From Octopus sinensis (taxonomy: Eukaryota): a DNA stretch of 64,000 bases. A program made the translations under genes and the position numbers. This document shows, one piece after another, positions 53,713 through 64,000 of this stretch. Numbering within the stretch: the first letter of the stretch is position 1; each line of letters begins with the position of its first letter. The DNA lies in contig NW_021833083.1 of assembly GCF_006345805.1 (NCBI RefSeq), forward strand, positions 19,811 through 83,810. Direction: 5' to 3'. The notes under the pieces are model-generated. The model was not told the DNA's origin, searched no databases, and saw only the letters and a program-made list of their open reading frames with translations.

Positions 53713-53949
53713 GTGTATGGAATATGATTATATTTCATTTTGGTCGAGTCAGCCTCGTTCCTCTGTGTTTCGCCTATGAGTACGCAGGGTTTTTCAGGAT
53801 AGTTATGAGTCATAATTTGTTTGAAGACCCTGTACAGCCAAAGAGCGAAACTCAGAGTAGCAGGAGTCTTACTCGCCCCCAACAAAATATATTATCTTTA
53901 CTACAAATAGAGAGTACTCTTTCTTCCTGCATTCAAAGCCAACACTATC

Positions 53950-54052
53950 GGATACATACATACTTACATACATACATACATAAGTACATACATACATACA
54001 TACATACATACATACATACACACATACATACCACACACACACACACACACAC

Positions 54053-54104
<52 letters not shown>

Positions 54105-54555
54105 CAAAGTACATACGCACATACAGATACACGCACATAACTCATACGTATATACATACATATCCCTACATATACGTATGCACATGTATTTATGTATGCT
54201 TTCATTGTAAGAGTGTTTTAATTCTATCTATCGAAGTTAGAAAACATTTAACACACTGTAGAACAAAGAAACCTAGCGGATTTATCCAAACACTTTCATT
54301 CGGGCCAGTGGTTTTAAAATTAGAATTACCCATGCAAATTTCACTTGCTTAGTGAACCGATTTGTCTGCAAGTTATTTGCGGTAACTCCTGAGTTTAGAC
54401 AGAAAATATTCTTGGTTTTAAATCTGGTCCGGACGAATATTTTCAGCGGTACACTATCATATCATAACTATATGCATACAAATCCCAGTCCTCGCGCACC
54501 CATACACACACACGCACGTATACATTTGAGCAACACACACACCACACACACACAC

Positions 54556-54591
<36 letters not shown>

Positions 54592-54696
54592 ACACACACA
54601 CACACACGCACACAGAGTTACATATATACATACATACACATATACATACATTTACACTTGCGTGTGTGTGTGTCTTCTTGAGAGTATATATATACG

Positions 54697-54729
<33 letters not shown>

Positions 54730-54900
54730 CGTGTATTTAGTATATGTATATGATTATATGTTAAAAGCGTATATGTTTGTATATATATATATATATACTT
54801 ATATCTATATTATATACGTATATATATATGTGTATATATATATATATATTTCTCTGTACATACGTTTATTTATTATGTATATTATTATATTTAAGCGTAT

Positions 54901-54937
<37 letters not shown>

Positions 54938-55518
54938 TATATATATATGTATATATATATATAATATATATATATATATATTTCTCTGTACATACGTGTA
55001 TTTATATATGTATATGATTATACGTTTAAGCGTATATGTTTGTATGCGTCTGTATGTTCGTGTATGGATGAGCAGATGTGCACTGGTAGAAAGCTCTGGG
55101 ATTGGGGTGAGTAAAAAATGCGAGGCGCATACTTCATTCTAAACGCGTATGAGGTGTGTTTACTGGACGAAAAACATATAAGCATATACATATATACATA
55201 CATTATATGTATACTTACATATTACATACTTATGTACGCACATACACACACACACACACACACACATATATACATATATATATATATATACAGTGCGCTA
55301 ATACATACATGCGTACATACATTTCATTACGTATATATATTGTTTAAGCCGTGTTCTTAAATTTAAAGAAAGTATTAATCAGATCAAATTGAACTGTGGA
55401 ACTTTCTATTTCCTATATTTATCATCTCAATGGAAGCTTCCGGAATATATTTAAAACCTACCCTTATTTTGTTTAAATATAAACCTTTAGGGCGCAGAGA
55501 AGAGAAAGCGTGCACATG

Positions 55519-55549
<31 letters not shown>

Positions 55550-55758
55550 GATAGAGAAAGAGAGAGATAGAGAGATAGTGAGAAAGACTGACAGAGAGTT
55601 GAAATTATTGGCAGATAGCGTAATATGTATAGAAAGGAGTGATTGAAAGTCAGTAAGGGAGAGAGTGAAAGTAGAAACGAGGATGATGAGAAAATATTTG
55701 AATAAAAAAAGATAAAATAAGCACCACCACCCATATATATATGTATAATATATATATA

Positions 55759-55815
<57 letters not shown>

Positions 55816-56667
55816 GCATGAATGTTTATATGGTATGTTTTTTTGCAAATATGTATCCTTTATTTACGTATATAAGTATATATAAATGTATATTTGTGTG
55901 TGCATATATATATTATATATATAATATATATATATTTATATATGTGCGTACAAAAATAAATATACATATGTATATATATTAAGATATAGAGTTTGAAAGC
56001 ATGTTACGAACGCAAATATTTTAGATGTATGCGGTACTTTTTTTTTTCCCCTATCTAATTTCCTCCTTTTGAATAATTTATTTAAATTCTAGAAAATTCT
56101 TAACGAATTTCTTCCTTTTCTTGCCCTCTGTCATCTTAACAACACGCTTCTTCCCTCCTGACTCTTCTGAACTCCTCGCTCAGAAGTTGAAACAATAAAA
56201 TTAACAAATTAACAAAAAAAAAAAAGAGAAAGGAAGGAAAATATTCATATATCCTTTCCCCTTACAGAAACAAGAAGTAAAAGACAGTCAAGCCTCAATC
56301 CCTTGCTCTGCCGAAAATCCGATAATCACGCACATACATACATACATACATACATACATACATACATACGTAAGTATATGAAGCAATATACATCTGTATG
56401 TATATGTACATATTTACACACACAACACACACACACATATTTTTTATAAACATACATATATGTGTTTATATGTATGTATATATACATGTATATGTGTGTT
56501 TGTGTATGTGTGTGTGCATAAATGTGTGTATATTTGTATGTATGTGTATACACATTAAAATCCTTTCCGTTGCTTTCCGTTATATGTATACGGCATGCAA
56601 CCACCCGGGCTGGTGTCAAGAGGATTCAAATAAAAGATTTAAAAAATACCATGCATAGATACATACA

Positions 56668-56702
<35 letters not shown>

Positions 56703-57900
56703 GTATATATATATTTTTTATATATATATATATATATATGTAGATAGATATACATTCATACATACATAAATACATACATACACACACACAGACACATATA
56801 TATACACTGACACATTTATATATATATATTTACACAACACATTGTATATATGTGTGTGCGCGTGTGGAGGTACATGTGTGAGCGTATATCAATGTGTGCG
56901 ATGTTTCTTGCTTTGTTTGTGCCATTCCGTGAAGGTCACTTGACGAGAAAATATCACCCATGGCAAGAAGACGAAAAATAAAAAGAGAAACTTTAAAAAA
57001 AAAATATATATATATATATATATTAAAAAAAATTTGACAACTTATTACCAAGTAAATATAAAAAAAAAAGATTTGAAAATTAAAACGACAACAACGGGCA
57101 AAAAAAAAAAAAAATAAAAATAAAACCAGAACAAACAAATACAACAGCAACAAAAATAATTCACAACTACGTAAACTAAACAGGAAATAAACAAATATAT
57201 AAATTGATAGAGTTTTTTTTTAGGTAAGCATTTATCATTAGAATTAAGTCCCTGACAGAAATGTCAAGAACCGTCTGAAGCATTTGCAGACATCCTTACG
57301 TATTCATACACACGGAAAGTGAAGAGACAAGAATGCACATACGAAGACATACATACATACATACATACATACATACATACGTAAATACATACTTACATAC
57401 ATACATACACACACACATACATACATACATACATATATTCATACTTACATGCATATACATACACATAAATACATATATCCATAATTACATAGATACACAC
57501 TACATGCTTACGTACACACATGAGCACACACACACACATACACATTTACATAAATACATATATCTACACACTACATGCTTACATGCACACATAATCACAC
57601 CCGCGCACACACCCACACATTAATCATATGTATATATATCTATATATATATAGATATTATTATATATAGTATATATATGTAATATATGTATATATATTAT
57701 AACTAGGTATATATGCAAATATATGCATATATATTATACCTATATATTTGTGTGTGTATATGTACACACACACACACACACAACACACACACACACACAC
57801 ACAGACATATATATATGTAAATTTGTACATGAATATATATATAGAACATGTGCGAACATATGACAATATATGTGAATATATGTGTGCGTAAATAAAACAC
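53950..57900. repeat. About 4-kb microsatellite-dominated domain ((CATA)n, (CA)n, (TA)n, (GA)n)
   Basis: Seen directly; source of most ORFs in this interval. Confidence 0.9.
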
Positions 57901-58359
57901 ATCTCAACATTTACGTATGTGTGTATTTACTGAGCTGTGGCTGATGGTGCGGTGGAGTTGGGAATTCGTCGACTCCACACATGCCTTACTAAAGATTTAG
58001 TCTCGCTTTAAATTGAAGCGACATTATGATCTAAAATTAGTTAGGAAGAAAGAAAGAGACTGTTTTATTACATTATTTTAACGTTTCTTATATATTTTTG
58101 CTTTAAGAAAAAGACAAACTACAAACAGGGTCAAATTGAATGCATAATGTGAAAAAAGAAGACACATACGTGCAAAAAAATATAAACAGCGAAGCTCCAT
58201 ACAGACGTTTGAGCTAAACAAATAGCAGTCAAATCTCCTGAATATCACACGCTACCATTTAAAAAAGAAGGCTAGATTGGACGGGGTAGATCGATATACA
58301 ATTTGCCTCAAAATAATAACTAGGACGTGATGGTCATGGTCGGTATAAGTTTGGTTATA

Positions 58360-58592
58360 AGGCGGCGAGCTGGCAGAATCGTTAGCACGTCGGGCGAAAT
58401 GCTTAGCGGTATTTCGTCTGCCGTTACGTTCTGAGTTCAAATTCCGTCGAGGTCGACTTTGCCTTTTCATCCTTTCGGGGTCGATAAATAAAGTACCAGT
58501 TTCACACTGGGGTCGATGTAATCGACTCAATCCCTTTGTCTGTACTTGTTTGTCCCCTCTGTGTTTAACCCCTTGTGGGTAGTAAAGAAATA
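58360..58592 (+). mobile_element. Monomeric family B SINE, tail-A variant, with perfect 18-bp TSD
   Basis: GGTATAAGTTTGGTTATA at 58342-58359 and 58593-58610. Confidence 0.96.
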
Positions 58593-58893
58593 GGTATAAG
58601 TTTGGTTATAGACATTCTCATTGAAGGTTAACATTGAGCTAAGTGATAGCGCGCAAAGATACATGCAAGGGAGCGTTTACACGATCGTGCGACCAAAATA
58701 GATGTAGGAGATAAATCTACCTGAACTTATACTCGAGCGGTTTATAAAATGACGCGTTATGATTATGTTTGTAGGTCCATTGTACATAGGGAAAAGATTG
58801 GGTGATCTCTGCACAATCACAGCTAACTGGGAGCTCAATAACAAGATCGACAACAGCAGCATCTTCAACGCTTTGATAATAAATTCAACATGA

Positions 58894-59305
58894 GGCGCAG
58901 GAGTGGCTGTGTGGTAAGTAGCTTGTTTACCAACCACATGGTTCTGGGTTCAGTCCCACTGCGTGGCAGCTTGGGCAAGTGTCTTCTACTATAGCCTCGG
59001 GCCGACCAAAGCCTTGTGAGTGGATTTGTTAGACGGAAACTAAAAGAAGCCCGTCGTATATATGTATATATATTTAGGTGTGCGTGTATGTTTGTGTGTC
59101 TGTGTTTGTCCCCCTAGCATTGCTTGATAACCGATGCTGGTGTGTTTATGCCCCCGTCACTTAGCGGTTCGGCAAAAGAGACTGATAGATAGAATAAGTA
59201 CTGGGCTTACAAAGAATAAGTCCTGGGGTCGAGTTGCTCGATTAAAGTCGGTGTTCCAGCATGGCCGCAGTCAAATGACTGAAACAAATAAAAGAGTAAA
59301 AGAGT
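58894..59305 (+). mobile_element. Family A composite SINE
   Basis: Homologous to the 1281 copy. Confidence 0.92.
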
Positions 59306-59379
59306 ATGAGACAAAATGTTACGGTGAGCACCCGTTCTGCGTTTGTATATACATTCGAAATGTCATACACATCGTGATA

Positions 59380-59538
59380 GGCGTGGCTGTGAGGTAAGAA
59401 GTTTGCTTCTCAACCACATGTTTCCGGGCTCAGTCCCACTGCGTGGCACCCTGGGAAAGTTCCTACCTTATCCTCGGGCCGACCAAAGCCTTATGAGTGG
59501 ATTTTGTACACAGAAACTGAAAGAAGCCTGTCGTATAT
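59380..59538 (+). mobile_element. Family A SINE head
   Basis: GCGTGGCTGTGAGGTAAG...GAAACTGAAAGAAGCCTGTCG. Confidence 0.85.
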
Positions 59539-59630
59539 ACACTAACAATATACCTCGGCGTTGCCGGGGTGTTATCACCTTCAACCACATTGTATTATTT
59601 GGTAAAATAAATGTACATGAGACTCTTCTT

Positions 59631-59890
59631 TCATCATCATCATTGTTCGACCGTTGTCGAGACAATGGAATTTACCATGCTACGCCAGACTTCACGGTCC
59701 ATCATAGCATTACGGAGGTCCTGTTGCTGGATGCCTGTATCCCTGGAGATTACATCAGGGTAGGAGAGTGTGCGCCCTCTGGTATTGCGAGTAGATGGCT
59801 TCCAGAGGAGAAGAGTAGAAATTGCCTCGTTTTCAGCTCTACAACAATGTCCAGCAAACTGGACTCTCCTACCTTTCTTTACCTTGTCAT
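59631..59890 (-). mobile_element. RTE-clade LINE 3' fragment with (TGA)n tail
   Basis: GRRVQFAGHCCRAE...DREVWRSMVNSIVSTTVEQ*. Confidence 0.88.
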
Positions 59891-60773
59891 ATATTGCAAG
59901 AATGCAGAACTTCCTTTGCCGGGAAAATTGGAAGAATGACACTCTCTCTATTTATTCCTAACAAAAACAGATTCCTGTTTTTTAGAAATAAGAGTGACTC
60001 CTAGTGAGAAAATCACAAACTGAAATTTGATTGTACACTTCGTGGGCAAGTTTTTGTGTTTTAATACTTTATACGCAATAATTTCAAGGTATGTTACAGG
60101 TAATCTATTTTCATTACATAATTATCTGTTAGTAAATCTTTTCCTTGCAACAATTTAAAGGTATGTTAGAAATAATTTATTTTAATAGCAAAAATGATTT
60201 TCTCTTACACAAACAGCCAACAATTTTTATTTTGAAGTATTTAAAAAATTATTTGGAAATTTATCAATTCGTTTTGCAAGATTGCTGATGTGAAATCGTG
60301 TGTTGAAACAGATATTGTTGTACTTCGGGGTGATCATTTTATTTACTTATTTATTTTTTTTTATTACTTCTATTTTATTATTTTAACGCCTGGTCCATTG
60401 TCCGGAAATCTTTCGTTACACATCTGTGACCTCTTTAGCGACACTTTTCATTTCGGTGTGTGTTCTTGCACCACTTACTCCTTTCTTTTCTTCTAAGATG
60501 TGTATCCTTATGTGCGCATGCGTTTGTGCTCTTGTTTGTGTGTGCGTGTGCGTATGTGTGTGCGTGTGTGTGCACGTGCGTGTGTATGTGTGCGTATGCT
60601 TGTGTGCGTGTGTCATAATTTTTAGCAGCAGTGTGACCTTTCCTCAGCCCTAACCTCTCACCCCATTGTACTGCTGCTGTCCTAAGACCCGTGAAAAAAA
60701 GAACAAAAAAAAAGAAGAGAGAAGAAAGAAAGGTGCAGTTCCTGTATTCCTCTGTGTATGTGTTCGTCTATGG

Positions 60774-60992
60774 CAGTGCTTTTCAACATTTTTGCTGGAG
60801 CGGAACCCCAAGGAAACATTCCACTGGCTCGAGGAACCCCTGTGCAATAATTTAATAGTCTTATGCACACATATCTGCACAAGGGAATTAAAAATTACTG
60901 CCGATTTTAGCAGTTTTGTAACTTCTTGCGGAACTCCTGGACTGTACTGGCGGAACCCTAAGGTTCCGATGAACCCTGGTTGAAAACCACTG
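60774..60992. mobile_element. hAT (Charlie-like) MITE, 219 bp
   Basis: TIR CAGTGCTTTTCAAC / CAGTGGTTTTCAAC (rc); 8-bp TSD GTCTATGG / GTCTATGA. Confidence 0.88.
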
Positions 60993-61680
60993 GTCTATGA
61001 TCTTGTCATCGTGATAGTTGTTGTTGTTATTGCCATCGTCGGCACAGCTGCTGCTGCTGACCGTGTTAATAGTGTTGTTGACATCATATGGGTTCGCTTC
61101 GTATGAATCCATTCCCTTTATATAGTTGGCGTTAAAATAATAAAATGACACTACTAAAAGAGTGAAGAAAAAAATATAGTGCGTGTATTTATTTCGCAAA
61201 GAAAAAATGACCGTCGCGAAGTACAACAATATTTGAAAATTATAAAGAGAAACGAGTGGCAGAATTGGGCAGTCCGTATTTTAAAACCAAAAATTAAAAC
61301 TCGAAAATCAGTGGGAAGTTTTGGAATTAGTAGGGTAGGGGGAAATTATTAAAAAAAATTATTGGATAATTGCATTAATTCCATTATGCAGAAGACAGAA
61401 TCGAAAGAATTTTGTGAAAATTCTTAAAAAAAGACAACGTTATGAGGGGTTTTAGGGTTTTTAGTACGTTTTTTTTTTTATTTTGTAATTCGTGTTTGTG
61501 ATGAGCGTATTTAAAAACCTGACCCTCGAAATAAACTTAATAGGAAGTTTTTTCACAAATCGTGTCGTTTAGCTGTTATTCCTAGCATTTCGGAAGTGAG
61601 ATTTGCGCTGCCCCTTTTTTTATCAAAATTTCTTCGGGTTCCTATGTTTTCAATATAGGAGATTAGGGTTCCCCCACCCC

Positions 61681-62143
61681 CACAAAAAACACGTTTTCAA
61701 AATCTTAATTCCACCACCCACCGTCCATCCTAATTTTTAACTTTTAACTTTTTTCGAAATTTTCTTTTTGTAATCCACGTAGAAAAATACACTTAAATCC
61801 CCTTCCCCAACCTCCACCCATCACCTCCTCATATTAAAAAAGCTAAAAACTCCGAATTTTAGCTTTTGTGAAAGCAGGGAAATCTTTTCAGAAATAATGT
61901 CGTTTAGCTGTTGTTTCTAGCATGTCGGGTTTTCTGGTGCTGGTCTGATATTTTTGACGTCTGCTATCTCAGTAGAATTCTCCACATGCGTGAAGCATCA
62001 GACGAAAGTGAAACATTCGAAGTTTTTAGCTTTTTCAAAGCGGGGAGGTGATGGGTAGCCGAGGTAAGGGAAGGGGGAATTGAGTGTTTCTTTAACCTAT
62101 CATAGGCTGGCGGGGTTGGAATTACACAAAAGGCTATTTTTGT
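61681..62143. repeat. Degenerate inverted repeat / foldback element
   Basis: 61681-61857 aligns to the reverse complement of 62016-62143 (CCCATCACCTCC...AAAAAGCTAAAAAC). Confidence 0.75.
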
Positions 62144-62184
62144 GCATTTCCTCACTGTCCATGAAGTAATATTTGTTTAATCTT

Positions 62185-62773
62185 AAGGCGGCGAGCTGGC
62201 AGAAACGTTAGCACGCCGGGCGAAATGCGTAGCCGTATTTCGTCTGCCGCTACGTTCTGAGTTCAATTTCCGCCGAGGTCGACTTTGCCTTTCATCCTTT
62301 CGAGGTCGATAAATTAAGTACCAGTTACGCTCTGGGGTCGATTTCATCGACTTAATCCGTTTGTCTTTCCTTGTTTGTCCCCTCTGTGTTTAGCCCCTTG
62401 TGGGTAGTAAAGAAATAGGTATTTCGTCTGCGGTTACGTTCTGAGTTCAAATTCCGCCGAGGTCGACTTTGCCTTTCATCCTTTCGAGGTCGATAAATTA
62501 AGTACCAGTTACGCACTGGGGTCGATGTAATCGACTTAATCCGTTTGTCTGTCCTTGTTTTTCCTCTCTGTGTTTAGCCCCTTGTGGGTAGTAAAGAAAT
62601 AGAAATAGGTATTTCGTCTGTCTTTACGTTCTGAGTTCAAATTCCGCCGAGGTCGACTTTGTCTTTCATCCTTTCGGGATCGATAAAATTAAGTGCCAGT
62701 TGCGTTCCAGGGTTGATCTAATCGACTGGCTCCCTCCCCCAAAATTCCGGGCCTTGTGCCTAGAGTAGAAAAG
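62185..62773 (+). mobile_element. Family B SINE trimer (tailA-tailA-tailB) with a single 17-bp TSD
   Basis: AATATTTGTTTAATCTT at 62168-62184 and 62774-62790; junction GAAATA|GGTATTTCGTCTG occurs twice. Confidence 0.95.
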
Positions 62774-63281
62774 AATATTTGTTTAATCTTGTATATACGT
62801 GTGAGTGCATGATACAGAACAAGAAATTTAGCACTTTATAGATATATATTTGTAATTATTAGCGTTTAATGGAGGGGAATTAACATGTAATTCATTGACC
62901 TAAAAGAAACAAAAAACCTTTATTGAAAGACATCAGCATGAGTTTTATACACTATACATATAGCGCTAAATATAAAATAAAATAAAATTAGTATATCGAT
63001 TCATACCAGTACAAATACGAAGAAAATTGACTACACGCTATCTATATACGAAGAGGCTACGGAAATAATAGAAACTGAACGTTCAGTTTAAGGAATTCTC
63101 GAGTCGGTGTTTTGGGGGCGATTGCAGACCCCGTCATCATATAAGTACACATCTATGTACTTTTCCTACATCATTAGAGCATTTTAACTCTAGCAATATA
63201 GGTGTCCTGACACCCTTAGTCACGTTTAGTGACAATTATACTTTTCCTTTATGGTAACACAATGCGCATGCTGTTTATATA

Positions 63282-63362
<81 letters not shown>

Positions 63363-63676
63363 GTATATGTATATACATACTACTCCATGTTGGAAAACCC
63401 TGACAAAGCTATAAGGCGATATACAAACACTTAAATATGAGAGCATTGCATCTTACAACAGAAACAGGTGTAAACCAATGAAGTTCATTTCATAACTTTT
63501 TGATCCCTTGCCATTTATATACTCCCTTATTACACACCGTACCCAGACAACGCCTTTCCCGGAAGTATTACCCGAATGATGTTAAAAAAACGTTACAATC
63601 ATTTTAGATCCTGTATGCTAATTAAGTCGAATGCCTTTAAGTGACTAGCAGCATTTTTGTTTCTTCGGTTTATATT

Positions 63677-64000
63677 TATTTCTTTATTGTCCTACAAGGG
63701 GTTAAACATAGAGGGGACAAACAAGGACAGACAAAGGGATTGAGTCGATTATATATGAAAGGCAAAGTTGACCTCGGCGGAATTTGAACTCAGAACGTAG
63801 CAGCAGAGGAAATACCTATTTCTTTACTACCCACAAGGGGCTAAACACAGAGGGGACAAACAAGGACAGACAAACGGTTAAGTCGATTATATCGACTCCA
63901 GTGCGTAACCGGTACTTAATTTATCGACCCCGAAAGGATGAAAGGCAAAAGTTCGACCTCAGCGGAATTTGAACTCAGAACGTAGCAGCAGAGGAAATAC
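63677..64000 (-). mobile_element. Family B SINE multimer (at least two tail-A units), running off the window end
   Basis: Same junction GAAATA|GGTATTTC at about 63810. Confidence 0.88.

Noticed and set aside
58761-58893. Short frame ...GPLYIGKRLGDLCTITANW...
   Set aside because: Under 50 aa, no homology recognised, abuts a SINE.
62185-62773. CRISPR-like or satellite reading of the ~200-bp repeats
   Set aside because: No unique spacers; units are SINE bodies with a TSD in a eukaryotic context.

Overview
AT-rich eukaryotic, repeat-dominated DNA. The SINE families and microsatellite density look like a coleoid cephalopod, probably Octopus (inference from recognised repeats, no search run). No host protein-coding gene, rRNA, intact tRNA or CRISPR array can be supported, and almost all ORFs in the track are microsatellite or low-complexity artefacts. 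The window holds dozens of tRNA-derived SINEs; 3' fragments of Tx1/L1-like, R4/Dong-like and RTE LINEs; Penelope and CR1/L2 RT remnants; a full-length decayed mariner, a deleted mariner, a Tc1-like element, a non-autonomous Helitron and a hAT MITE. Highlights: (1) a SINE variant whose last 44 nt match the 3' end of the Tx1-like LINE in this window (35/44 identical); (2) this SINE forms head-to-tail multimers with one fixed junction, flanked by a single TSD; (3) two Penelope-type minimal hammerhead ribozyme motifs in short repeats within (TA)n; (4) LINE fragments inserted in specific microsatellites; (5) a young ~0.55-0.6 kb inverted duplication around an old Penelope remnant; (6) a near-perfect 1514-bp tandem duplication that may be an assembly artefact.
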